Positions 32,586 to 41,766 of a stretch of 64,000 nucleotides of DNA are shown here, in pieces. The DNA is from Clostridia bacterium (GTDB taxonomy: Bacteria > Bacillota > Clostridia > Christensenellales > CAG-138). The stretch's first letter is position 1; each line of letters begins with the position of its first letter. The DNA lies in NCBI GenBank assembly GCA_017545535.1, contig JAFWMS010000033.1, positions 41,889 to 105,888 of the forward strand, in the 5' to 3' direction. The translations under genes were made by a program, and so were the position numbers. The notes under the pieces were generated by a model. It saw only the letters and a program-made list of their open reading frames with translations. It was not told where the DNA came from and did not search any database.

Positions 32586-34214
32586 TTATTTTTCGGACAT
32601 ATAGGGGTAGACGATCGCCTCGGAGGGATTGAAGGTCTCCTTCACGGAGTGGGGGCTCATCCAGCGGATCATGTTGAGAGCGGTGCCAGCCTTGTCGTTG
32701 GTGCCGGACTGACGCGAGCCGCCGAAGGGCTGCTGACCGACCACCGCACCGGTGCACTTGTCGTTGATATAGAAGTTGCCTTCCGAATGGAGCAGGGCCT
32801 TCTCCATCATGACGATGGCTTCGCGGTCCTGGGCGAAGATGGCGCCGGTCAGGGCATAGGGGGAAGCCTCGTCGCAGATCTTCAGGGTCTCTTCCAGAGC
32901 TTCGTCAGGATAGACGTATACGGAGAGGATGGGCCCGAAGATCTCCTTGACCATGGATTCGTAATCCGGCTTCTTGCAGAGGATGACGGAGGGCTCCACG
33001 AACCAGCCCTTGGAATCATCGCAGTTGCCGCCGATCACGATCTCGCAATCCGGACTCTGCTTCGCACGGTCCAGATATCCCTTGCAGCGCTCGAAGGAGG
33101 CCTTGTCGATGACGGCGGCCAGGAAGGTATCGAAATCCTGCACGTCACCCATCTTGACTTCCTGCATCATCTCCTTCATGGTCGAAAGGACCTGGGGCCA
33201 AATGCTGGCCGGGATGAAGGCGCGGGAGCAGGCGGAGCACTTCTGGCCCTGATACTCGAAGGAGCCGCGAACGAGAGCGGCCGCCAGAGGACGGATCTTG
33301 GCGCTCTTATGGGCAAAGATGAAGTCCTTTCCGCCGGTCTCGCCCACGATGCGGGGGTAGTTGCGGTAGGAGGCGATGTTCTCGCCGATCTGCTTCCAGA
33401 CGCCCTGGAAGACCTCGGTGGAGCCGGTGAAATGGAAGCCGGCCAGCTCCTTCCGGGAAAGGACGTACTTGGCCATGTCGGTGCCGTTGCAGGGCACGAA
33501 ATTGATGACGCCGGCGGGAAGCCCGCAGTCCATGAGCAGCTTCATGTAGTAATAGTTGGAAAGCACCGCCGTGCGGGAAGGCTTCCAGACCGCAACGTTG
33601 CCGACGATGGCCGGCGCCGTGGGCAGGTTCCCGCCGATGGAGGTGAAGTTGAAGGGCGTAATGGCGCAGATGAACCCGTCCAGCGCACGGTAGTCCTGGC
33701 GATCCCAGATGCCGGGAACGGAGGCAGGCTGATCCTTGAAGATTTCCTGGGCAGACCAGACACCAAAGCGCAAGAAGTCGGCCAGCTCCGCGATATCGAT
33801 CTCGGCCTGGAAAACGGTTTTGGATTGGCCCAGCATGGTGGAGGCGTTCAGGACCTTCCGATAGGGGCCGGTGATGAGATCGGCAGCCTTCAGGAAGATG
33901 GCGGAGCGATGCTCCCAGGGCATGTCCTCCCAGGCCTTCTTGGCCGCCAGCGCTGCGTCGACCGCCATGGTCAGTTCCTTTTCACCGGCGATAGAGCACT
34001 CGGCGATCACATGGTCATGATCGTGGGGCATGGTCACCTGGATGGTCTTCTCCGTAAAGATCTCTTTGCCGCCGATGATCAGGGGGATCTTCACGATTTC
34101 GGCGGACTGACGGGCAAGCTCTGCCTTCAACTCCGCACGTTCCTTTGATCCGGGGAGATATCCACGGAAAGCGTCGTTTTCAGGGCGGGTGATGGTGAAA
34201 TAGGCGTTTGGCAT
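32586..34214 (-). CDS. pruA: L-glutamate gamma-semialdehyde (1-pyrroline-5-carboxylate) dehydrogenase
   Basis: Aldehyde dehydrogenase fold with FEYQGQKCSACSR catalytic Cys region and FTGST. ATG at 34214 after AGGAGG is preferred over the track start at 34259. Confidence 0.8.
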   Translation of the reverse strand: MPNAYFTITRPENDAFRGYLPGSKERAELKAELARQSAEIVKIPLIIGGKEIFTEKTIQVTMPHDHDHVIAECSIAGEKELTMAVDAALAAKKAWEDMPWEHRSAIFLKAADLITGPYRKVLNASTMLGQSKTVFQAEIDIAELADFLRFGVWSAQEIFKDQPASVPGIWDRQDYRALDGFICAITPFNFTSIGGNLPTAPAIVGNVAVWKPSRTAVLSNYYYMKLLMDCGLPAGVINFVPCNGTDMAKYVLSRKELAGFHFTGSTEVFQGVWKQIGENIASYRNYPRIVGETGGKDFIFAHKSAKIRPLAAALVRGSFEYQGQKCSACSRAFIPASIWPQVLSTMKEMMQEVKMGDVQDFDTFLAAVIDKASFERCKGYLDRAKQSPDCEIVIGGNCDDSKGWFVEPSVILCKKPDYESMVKEIFGPILSVYVYPDEALEETLKICDEASPYALTGAIFAQDREAIVMMEKALLHSEGNFYINDKCTGAVVGQQPFGGSRQSGTNDKAGTALNMIRWMSPHSVKETFNPSEAIVYPYMSEK

Positions 34215-34255
34215 AATTCCTCCTTTTGAACTTGTTTTTTCGTTCAGGTTGTCAC

Positions 34256-35251
34256 TCAAATGTTGCCCAGCGTGGCCACCAGCACGGCTTTGATGGTGTG
34301 GAGCCGGTTTTCGGCCTCGTCGAAGACCTTGCTGTTCTCAGACAGGAACACGTCGTCCGTGACCTCCCGGATGTCATAGCCCAGCTTCATCTGCTCGCTG
34401 GCCATGGTGGTGTTGAAGTCGTGGAAGGAGGGGAGGCAGTGGAGGAAGATGCACTTCTTGTTGCCGGTCCGCTCCATCAGTTCCTTGGTGACCTTGAAGG
34501 GGGTCAGCAGCTTCACCCGCTCCGGGATCAGCGCTTCCTCGCCCATGGAGGCCCAGATGTCGGTGTACAGAGCGTCGGCGCCCTCCACGATGGCGGGGTC
34601 GTCGCTCACTTCGATGATGGCGCCGCTCTCCTTGGCCGCCGCCTCACAGCGGGCCAGCACCTCGGGGGCGGGGGCAAGGGCCTTGGGACCGTAGCCGCAG
34701 TAGTGGATGCCCAGCTTGGCGCAGATGTACATGAGGCAGTAGGCCACGTTGTTCCGGGTGTCGCCGCAGAAGACCAGCTTGCACTGGTTCAGGGGCTTGT
34801 CCACGTTCTCCTCCAGCGTGAGGATGTCAGCCAAAGCCTGGGTGGGATGGTCCACGTCGGTAAGGCCGTTGTATACGGGCACGCCGGAATACTTCATCAG
34901 GTCTTCCACAACCTTCTGGTCGAAGCCGCGATACTCGATGCCGTCGAACATCCGGCCGAGGACCTTGGCGGTGTCGGCCAAAGACTCCTTCTTGCCCATC
35001 TGGGAGGACTTGGAATCCAAGAATGTGACGCCGGCGCCCTCGTCCATGGCCGCCACTTCAAAGGCGCAGCGGGTCCGAGTGGAGGTCTTTTCAAAGAGCA
35101 GCACGATGTTCTTTCCGGTGAGAGAGGTGCCCTTGATGCCTGCCTTCTTCTGGGCCTTGAGCTTTTTGGCAAGGTCCAGCATATACCGGACCTCTTCGGG
35201 AGTGAAGTCCATGATGGTGAGGAAGGAACGGCCTTTGAGATCAACTGCCAT
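34256..35251 (-). CDS. argF: ornithine carbamoyltransferase
   Basis: STRTRCAFE, HPTQ and HCLP motifs. 331 aa. The catabolic (arcB-like) versus anabolic role cannot be decided from sequence alone. Confidence 0.9.
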   Translation of the reverse strand: MAVDLKGRSFLTIMDFTPEEVRYMLDLAKKLKAQKKAGIKGTSLTGKNIVLLFEKTSTRTRCAFEVAAMDEGAGVTFLDSKSSQMGKKESLADTAKVLGRMFDGIEYRGFDQKVVEDLMKYSGVPVYNGLTDVDHPTQALADILTLEENVDKPLNQCKLVFCGDTRNNVAYCLMYICAKLGIHYCGYGPKALAPAPEVLARCEAAAKESGAIIEVSDDPAIVEGADALYTDIWASMGEEALIPERVKLLTPFKVTKELMERTGNKKCIFLHCLPSFHDFNTTMASEQMKLGYDIREVTDDVFLSENSKVFDEAENRLHTIKAVLVATLGNI

Positions 35252-35304
35252 GATACGTTTTCTCCTTTTACAATAAGTATTTGTTTGTCATTGGAATCCA
35301 CCTC

Positions 35305-35333
35305 ATCATACCATCTTTTTATCTGGCTGACAA
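35305..35333 (-). promoter_or_regulatory. sigma-A promoter for the OTC operon (TTGTCA-17-TATGAT with TG extension)
   Basis: Minus-strand hexamers at 35333-35328 and 35310-35305, with TGG immediately upstream of the -10. Confidence 0.5.
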
Positions 35334-35504
35334 GGGCCTCCCTGTTTCGGCGAGAACCCCAAAAATGTCGAAAAACCGGACATTTTATTGCCAAAGCATG
35401 AACAATCGGACTTTTTTGAAATAGATTATAAACAAACGTCGAAAACACTGAAAAAAATAAATCTCTATGGTAGGATGCAAAAAAATGGGAAAGGAGAGAC
35501 AGCC

Positions 35505-36245
35505 ATGCCCTTTTGGAAACGTGTCGCGGCGTTTCTTCTTTTTCTGCTACTTTTATTGCCCTCCGCCCCCGTTTTCGGCGAAGGCGGCGGGGAGGAGGCC
35601 GCGCCCTCCGAGTCGGTGACGACGGATCGGGAAACGGGCAAAACGCATCGCGCCGTCCGCGACGACGATCTTTGCCGTCAGATCGAGACCATCTACCGGG
35701 CGGCCAAAAAGCTTGCCCATCGCTCCTCCTTCAGGGGCTATTGCGGGGCCTATGTGGCAAATCAGCTGGTCCTGTTGGGTATCAACGAGACCTACGTGGG
35801 CGCCAACGGGAAGAACGCTTACGACGCGTACTGCAAACTGGAGTATACCACCGGCGGATACCGGGTCCGGTCGTATAGCGGGAAAAAATACTCCCTGAGG
35901 GAGGCGCTCTCGGCGATCCAGCGGGAGGATCCTGCGCCACGGAACATTCTGGTGGGGTTCCAGCGGGGGATCAGCAAGTCCGGAAGGAAGTACGGCCACG
36001 TGCTTTTCATCCACGGCATCCAAGGCGGCCTCGTCTATTACTCCGACAGCTCCGCCCGCATCGTGAACGACGTGGAATACAAAGAAGGGGAGCCCATCGT
36101 CTGCTCCCTGTCGGCCTTTACCGATCTGTATGCCGAGTATAAACTGGATGGGGTCATCCACTTCCAGGCGCCGGAGGAGACTTACTCCGCCAGCACGGTA
36201 CAGACCAGCGCAGGTAACTCCGAGAATGCGCCCGCCGTGGGCTGA
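35505..36245 (+). CDS. secreted protein, possible papain-like/CHAP-type cysteine hydrolase
   Basis: ATG at 35505 after AAAGGAGAG. Signal peptide. Candidate Cys (FRGYCGAYVANQ) and His (YGHVLFIHG) in the CHAP-like order. Assignment is tentative. Confidence 0.45.
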   Translation: MPFWKRVAAFLLFLLLLLPSAPVFGEGGGEEAAPSESVTTDRETGKTHRAVRDDDLCRQIETIYRAAKKLAHRSSFRGYCGAYVANQLVLLGINETYVGANGKNAYDAYCKLEYTTGGYRVRSYSGKKYSLREALSAIQREDPAPRNILVGFQRGISKSGRKYGHVLFIHGIQGGLVYYSDSSARIVNDVEYKEGEPIVCSLSAFTDLYAEYKLDGVIHFQAPEETYSASTVQTSAGNSENAPAVG

Positions 36246-36820
36246 TAGTTCCGGATATCTCCAAAGCCCCAGCTGGCGTAGAGAAAGGGAATTTTTGCCG
36301 TCAAAGCGGCGGCCTGATCCTTGGCGGTGTCACCTATGTAGACCGCCTTTTTTAGTTGGTTCCGTTTCAGGACAAGGATGATGTTCTCGGCCTTGCCAAG
36401 GCCGGTCCGGCCCGCCGTCTCATGGTCGTCGAACAGGTCTGTGAGCCCGTGGGCGTGGAGGAAGGAGAGGGCGTAGTCTTCGGTGCAGTTGCTCACCAGG
36501 CCGAGAAAGTATCGGCGTCGAAGCTGCACCAGGGTCTCCCGCACCCGGGGATAGAGCCGGGCGCCCCGTTCAAAAAGATAGGGCGATTCTGCGTCGAGGC
36601 AGCGGTCCGTAAGGGCATACCGTTCCGCGGGCGGCAGGTCGGGGAACTGGATGTCGCCGATCTCCCGGGGGGTGAGGCCCATGAGCCGGTCCATCTCTGC
36701 CTCGGTGATGTGTCGGTGAAGGGGCGAAAGGACACGATTCCAGCACAGCAGCACCTCGTGGGCGCTGTTCCAAAGCGTACCGTCCAGATCGAAAAGTATG
36801 GCCTTTTCCCTTTTTACCAT
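36182..36820 (-). CDS. HAD-superfamily hydrolase (phosphoglycolate phosphatase-like)
   Basis: ATG at 36820. Motif I ILFDLDGTL, motif II VSN, motif III/IV K..YIGDTAKD. Confidence 0.8.
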   Translation of the reverse strand: MVKREKAILFDLDGTLWNSAHEVLLCWNRVLSPLHRHITEAEMDRLMGLTPREIGDIQFPDLPPAERYALTDRCLDAESPYLFERGARLYPRVRETLVQLRRRYFLGLVSNCTEDYALSFLHAHGLTDLFDDHETAGRTGLGKAENIILVLKRNQLKKAVYIGDTAKDQAAALTAKIPFLYASWGFGDIRNYQPTAGAFSELPALVCTVLAE

Positions 36821-36876
36821 GCCGTGCCCCTTTCTTTTTTTGTGTATTGTACCCGGGAAAAAGAGATTTGTCCAGA

Positions 36877-36905
36877 TTGCCGAAGCGGAAAACATGTGGT
36901 ATACT
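36877..36905 (+). promoter_or_regulatory. candidate extended -10 promoter (TTGCCG-17-TGgTATACT)
   Basis: The -10 ends 9 nt before the ATG at 36915, which lacks a Shine-Dalgarno. This suggests a leaderless or very short-leader mRNA. Confidence 0.4.
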
Positions 36906-36914
36906 ACCCCTATT

Positions 36915-37439
36915 ATGGAGAAGATCGCGTATGAGCTCATCCGGTCCGATCGGCGGACCATGGGCCTGGAGGTGGATACAGAGGGCCATGTGCGGGTCCG
37001 CGTGCCCCGATTCACGCCCCGGTGGAGGATCGACGCCTTCGTGGAGGAGCGCAGGGCGTGGATCGAGCAGGCCAGGGCCCGGCAGGCACGGCGGCAAGCC
37101 AAGCTCCCCCACATCCGGGAGGAGGACAAGCCCCTCTATGTAAAGCGGGCCAAGGCCATTCTGCCGGAGAAGATCGACCGCTACGCTCGGATCATGGAGG
37201 TGCAGCCCACGGGGCTCACCGTGACCTCCGCCAAGACCCGGTTCGGCAGTTGTTCCGCCAAAAACAGGCTATCCTTCTCCTGGCGGCTCATGGCCTATCC
37301 GGAGGCGGCCATCGACTATGTGGTGGTCCACGAGCTGGCCCATATCCGCTACAAGGATCACGGCCGCGGGTTCTACGGGTTCGTGGCCAGCGTCCTGCCC
37401 GATTATAAGGACAGGATACGGCTTCTGCAGGGCAGATAG
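36915..37439 (+). CDS. YgjP-like M48-family metal-dependent hydrolase (DUF45)
   Basis: HELAHIRYKDHG zinc motif and the preceding RFGSCS..RLSFSWRL pattern are typical of DUF45. ATG at 36894 is an alternative start. Confidence 0.75.
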   Translation: MEKIAYELIRSDRRTMGLEVDTEGHVRVRVPRFTPRWRIDAFVEERRAWIEQARARQARRQAKLPHIREEDKPLYVKRAKAILPEKIDRYARIMEVQPTGLTVTSAKTRFGSCSAKNRLSFSWRLMAYPEAAIDYVVVHELAHIRYKDHGRGFYGFVASVLPDYKDRIRLLQGR

Positions 37440-37449
37440 GAGGCATAGG

Positions 37450-37872
37450 ATGCAAAAAGTCTATTTTGCCGGCTCCATCCGGGGCGGCCGTCAGGACGCG
37501 GCCCTGTATGGGGAGATGATCGACTATATGGAGGCCCGGGGCTGCCGGGTGCTGACGGAGCACGTGGGCCTCGAGTCCCTCCAGGCGGAGGGGGAAAGGA
37601 CCATGACCGAGGAGGAGATCTTCCGGCGGGATATGGCCTGGCTCACGGATAGCGATATGGTGGTGGCGGAGTGCACCACGCCCTCCCACGGCGTGGGGTA
37701 TGAGCTCGCCCGGGCCCGGGACATGGGGAAGCCCGTCCATATCTTCTATGATATCCGTCGGGGGCGTCTCTCGGCCATGCTGGCGGGGGACCGCCGCTTC
37801 GTGCTTCATCCCTACGCCGCACGGGACGAGGTGTTCACGGCCCTGGGACGGCTGTTTCCCGGGGAAGAATAA
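37450..37872 (+). CDS. DNPH1/Rcl-like 2'-deoxynucleoside 5'-phosphate N-hydrolase (nucleoside 2-deoxyribosyltransferase fold)
   Basis: VYFAGSIRGGRQD...LTEHV...VVAECTTPSHGVGYELARA closely parallels the animal DNPH1 motifs (YFCGSIRGGRED, SLGVGYELG). Confidence 0.75.
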   Translation: MQKVYFAGSIRGGRQDAALYGEMIDYMEARGCRVLTEHVGLESLQAEGERTMTEEEIFRRDMAWLTDSDMVVAECTTPSHGVGYELARARDMGKPVHIFYDIRRGRLSAMLAGDRRFVLHPYAARDEVFTALGRLFPGEE

Positions 37873-37875
37873 AGA

Positions 37876-40821
37876 ATGAAAGTTTGTATCGAGAAGGGAA
37901 GGGACAAGACGGTGAACAAGGCTCTGAAAAGCGGGATAGCCCTGCTCCTCCTGCTGCTGATGGCAGCGGGCGGCTGCAGCGCGCCCCTTCCCCAGACCAC
38001 CCACGAGCGGGTGCCGTCTCCCACGTCCGTGCTGACAGAGTCGAAAGAGGCGCCTACGGCGGCGCCCCTGTCCACGGCCAGCGGCATCCAGCTTCGGTTC
38101 ACGGAGGTCCGCTCCTCCGGCTCCCAGACGGGGGCCTATGAGGGGTGTGAGGGAGAGGATTGGTTCGAGCTCTATAACCCCGGCAGCGAGGAAGTGGACC
38201 TGGGCCGCCTGTTCATTACCGATAAGCCGGAGAAGCCCGACAAGCGCCCTCTGCCGCAGGTGGTGCTCCAGCCGGGCCAGTATCTGGCCATCTGCTGCTG
38301 TGAACGGGAGGATCATCCCTCGGTGTCCATGGGCATCGCCCGCAGCGGCGAGACCCTGTACATCTTCGCCGGAGACCGGCAGGAGGTCTGCAGCGTGACC
38401 GTGCCGCCCTTGGGGAGCGATCTAAGCTGGGCGGAGAAGGACGGCGTTTGGGGCTATTGCACGGAACCCACCCCAGGCCGGGCGAATGGACAGATCTTCG
38501 CCTCTTTGGACCCGGTGAAGGTGGAAGCTCTGGCCCTCAGCGTGTCGGAGCTGCTCATCGACGGCAGGTATGCCTCGGTCCTTCCTGACGGGAGCTATCA
38601 AGATTTCGTGGAGCTGCACAACGCCACGGGGGAGACTATCTCCCTTCAGAATTGGTATCTGTCCGACGATGAGGACGATCCGGAGAAGTGGCCCTTCCCG
38701 GAGGTGACCGTGCCCGCCGACGGGTATCTGCTCGTCCTGCTGGGAGGAAAAGGCGAACCCCGGACGGATGGGCTTCTGGAGGCGGATTTCTCGGTGAATC
38801 GCCGGGAAAGCCTGGTCATCTATGACGGCAACGCCCTGGCCTATGCCGTGTTCACCCTGCCGGGGAGGATCCGGTCCGACGTGTCCGTTGGGCCGAAGGG
38901 GGAATACTATCTTTGCCCCACCCCGGGTCGGGCCAACGGCCCCGCCTCCTACACAGCCGCCGACGGGGGCTGCTATACGTATGACGGCGTGTTCATCAGC
39001 GAAGTCTGCGCCTATGCCGGAGCGGGGAATAACGACTGGATCGAGCTGTACAACGCCACGGGGGAAGCGATCTCCCTGGAGGGCTGGCGGCTCATGAAGG
39101 ATAGGGAGGGGACTAAGTCCATTCTCCTTTCCGGGACCATTGCCCCCGACGGGTACGCCGTGTTCGAGACCACCTCCCACCCGGAGCGGCAAGAACCGGG
39201 CGTAGGCGCCTTTGGCCTGTCCATGGGCGGGGAGACCCTGTACCTGGTGGACGAAACGGGCGGCCTGCGGGATGAGTTCGCCACCGGTGCCCTGGAGGTG
39301 GGCGTCACCTCCGGCCGACAGGAGGGCAATGGCAACGTGGCCCGGGTCTTCTTCCGGGAACCCACCAAGGGGGGAAGGAACAGCGATAAATACGCCCTGG
39401 GCTACGCCAAGGCCCCCGTCTTCTCCGAAACGGGGCTGTATCAAACCGAGTCCTTCCAGCTGACGCTGACCTCCGGCGAGGGGGCCACCATCCGCTACAC
39501 CACCAACGGCAGCGAGCCCACGGCCTCGTCCACTCTCTATGACGGGCCCATCCATATCACCAAGAACACGGTCATCCGGGCCTTTGCCCAGGAGGATGGG
39601 CTCATTGACAGCGAGATCGTCACCTACACCTTCCTCTTTGAAGAGCCCCACGAGCTGCCTGTGGTCTGCCTCGCTTTCGAACCAAAGGATCAGGACGCCC
39701 TCTGGTCGGGTAAGTCCAAGGATTCCAGCAGCAAGAAGCAGCGCAAGGGCTATTTCAGCTACTATGAGGACGGGAAGCTCTCCACGGAGTTCCCCTCCGA
39801 CTTCAAGACCAAGGGCGCAGGCACCTTGGGATACGCCCAGGCGTCATTGTCCATCCATCTTCGGGGCAAGTACGGCGTGAGCAGCGTCAATTACCCCTTC
39901 TTCAAGGAGTACGGCTGGCGGGAGGGCTCCTCCTTCTGCATCCGAAACTCCGGCCAGGACAACGGCCAGGCCCGCATCCGTGACTCCTACGCCAGCCGCC
40001 TTTGCTACGGCCTCAACATCGATGTGGCGGTCACCCGTCCCGTGGCGGTGTACATCAACGGCAAGTACTACGGCCTCTACGACCTGAACGAGGACCAGAA
40101 CGACGATTATCTGGAATCCCATTTCGGCGTGAACAAGGACGACGTGGAGATCATCCGCTTCAACACCGTGGTGGTCAAGGGGAGCAACGCCGACTGGAAG
40201 CGGGTCATCAACTACGCCAAGACAAAGGACTTCTCCAAGGACGAGGTCTACGAGACCTTCACCCAGTGGGTGGACCCGGATTACTTCATCGACTACCTGG
40301 TCTGCTCCATGTACCTTTGCAACAGCGACATGGCCAACCAGAAGTATTGGCATACCACGGACAACACCGTCCGCTGGCGGGCCATCTTCTATGACTTCGA
40401 TTACGGCATGGGCTATAACGACGGCTCCGTGAAGCGCAGCATCATCGGCAACTTCTTCAGCAAGAACGGCACCGCCACCGCCACCTCCCGGGTCTATACC
40501 CACATCGCCGCGGCCCTGGTCCATAATCCCGGCTGGCGGCAGCGGTTCATCGAGCGGTATGTGGAGCTCACCGTGACCACCTTCGCCCCCGAGCGGGCCA
40601 CCTCCATTTTGAACGAGCTTCGGGAGGAGATGGCGCCAGAGATGAGGCGGCACATCGCCCGCTGGAAGCACCCCTCCTCCTACGACAAGTGGGTGACCGA
40701 GGTGAATCAGCTCCAGCGCTGGATGGAGCAGCGTCCCAAATACGCCCTCGACAACCTGCGCGCCTACTTCAAGCTCAGCCAGAGCGAGATCGACGAGCTG
40801 GTGGACAAATATACCCCTTGA
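37876..40821 (+). CDS. CotH kinase-family lipoprotein with several lamin-tail (LTD) domains
   Basis: Lipobox LLMAAGGCS. Repeated LTD-like segments (DWFELYNPGSEEVDL, DFVELHNATGETISL, DWIELYNATGEAISL). C-terminal half has CotH-like segments (YGLYDLNEDQND.., YFIDYLVCSMYLCNSDM..KYWH). Confidence 0.7.
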   Translation: MKVCIEKGRDKTVNKALKSGIALLLLLLMAAGGCSAPLPQTTHERVPSPTSVLTESKEAPTAAPLSTASGIQLRFTEVRSSGSQTGAYEGCEGEDWFELYNPGSEEVDLGRLFITDKPEKPDKRPLPQVVLQPGQYLAICCCEREDHPSVSMGIARSGETLYIFAGDRQEVCSVTVPPLGSDLSWAEKDGVWGYCTEPTPGRANGQIFASLDPVKVEALALSVSELLIDGRYASVLPDGSYQDFVELHNATGETISLQNWYLSDDEDDPEKWPFPEVTVPADGYLLVLLGGKGEPRTDGLLEADFSVNRRESLVIYDGNALAYAVFTLPGRIRSDVSVGPKGEYYLCPTPGRANGPASYTAADGGCYTYDGVFISEVCAYAGAGNNDWIELYNATGEAISLEGWRLMKDREGTKSILLSGTIAPDGYAVFETTSHPERQEPGVGAFGLSMGGETLYLVDETGGLRDEFATGALEVGVTSGRQEGNGNVARVFFREPTKGGRNSDKYALGYAKAPVFSETGLYQTESFQLTLTSGEGATIRYTTNGSEPTASSTLYDGPIHITKNTVIRAFAQEDGLIDSEIVTYTFLFEEPHELPVVCLAFEPKDQDALWSGKSKDSSSKKQRKGYFSYYEDGKLSTEFPSDFKTKGAGTLGYAQASLSIHLRGKYGVSSVNYPFFKEYGWREGSSFCIRNSGQDNGQARIRDSYASRLCYGLNIDVAVTRPVAVYINGKYYGLYDLNEDQNDDYLESHFGVNKDDVEIIRFNTVVVKGSNADWKRVINYAKTKDFSKDEVYETFTQWVDPDYFIDYLVCSMYLCNSDMANQKYWHTTDNTVRWRAIFYDFDYGMGYNDGSVKRSIIGNFFSKNGTATATSRVYTHIAAALVHNPGWRQRFIERYVELTVTTFAPERATSILNELREEMAPEMRRHIARWKHPSSYDKWVTEVNQLQRWMEQRPKYALDNLRAYFKLSQSEIDELVDKYTP

Positions 40822-40830
40822 GAATGGGCC

Positions 40831-41127
40831 ATGGACGAAGCGCTGATCTATGAGATATTGTCCCTGGTGGCGGAGATCCCACCCGGGCGGGTGGCCACCT
40901 ACGGTCAGCTCGCCCGCCTCATCGGTCGGGAGAAAAATGCCCGCCTGGTGGGCAAAGTGCTGAGCATCTCCGAGTATTTCGGCGATTATCCCTGCCATCG
41001 GGTAGTGAATCATTCCGGCCGCCTGGCGCCCCACTTCCCGGAGCAGCGAGAACGACTGCAACAGGAGGGTGTAGCCTTTCTCCAAAATGGCACTGTAAAC
41101 ATGAAAGCCTCCCAGTGGGAGGCTTGA
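40831..41127 (+). CDS. MGMT-family DNA-binding domain protein (stand-alone, PCHRV motif retained)
   Basis: 98 aa. IPPGRVATYGQLARLIG HTH and YPCHRVVNHSGRL active-site-type motif. Confidence 0.8.
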   Translation: MDEALIYEILSLVAEIPPGRVATYGQLARLIGREKNARLVGKVLSISEYFGDYPCHRVVNHSGRLAPHFPEQRERLQQEGVAFLQNGTVNMKASQWEA

Positions 41128-41138
41128 TTGGACTTAGT

Positions 41139-41756
41139 TTAGGGGGCCAGGGTCAGGATGTCCGCGCAGTGGGAAACGGGTTCAAAGTATAGGGAAAGGA
41201 ACACATCTTTCCATTCATCGGCAACGAAATAGATTTCTTCTTCGTCCCACTCCTCTCCTGCGGCCAGCCGGCATTTCTCCAACTCTTCGCGGGTGGCAAA
41301 GGCGATATCGCCGATCAGTATCCGCCCACCCACCTTCAATCGATCGAGGAGCGTGCGAAGGAATGCAATCTTTTGCCCATCTGTCAGATGATGCAAAGAA
41401 TAGGTCGCCACGATGAAATCATAGCTTTGGCGATTGAGCGGCTCCACAAGGCCCTGTGAGAAATCCCCCTGATACAGATGAGCCCCCGGCATTTTCTCCA
41501 TGGCTGATTCGATCATTTTCTGGGAGAAATCCTGGCCGTATACTGTGCAGCCATACTCATATAGTTTCGAGGTGAGCGTGCCGGTCCCGAACCCTATGTC
41601 CAGCACGACGGCGTTTTGCTTTTCCATAATCTTCCGGAATATATTGCCCAGCACCTTCTTGTATCCGGCAAAGGGATAGGTGTTTTTCTCATCAGAAAGG
41701 CCGACAGATGCATCATAACCGTCAGCCCACAGATCGAATCCCCTGGTATCCAGCAT
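41139..41756 (-). CDS. class I SAM-dependent methyltransferase
   Basis: VLDIGFGTGTLT motif I and overall Methyltransf_11/25-like layout. Confidence 0.75.
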   Translation of the reverse strand: MLDTRGFDLWADGYDASVGLSDEKNTYPFAGYKKVLGNIFRKIMEKQNAVVLDIGFGTGTLTSKLYEYGCTVYGQDFSQKMIESAMEKMPGAHLYQGDFSQGLVEPLNRQSYDFIVATYSLHHLTDGQKIAFLRTLLDRLKVGGRILIGDIAFATREELEKCRLAAGEEWDEEEIYFVADEWKDVFLSLYFEPVSHCADILTLAP

Positions 41757-41766
41757 CCTGCGCTCC

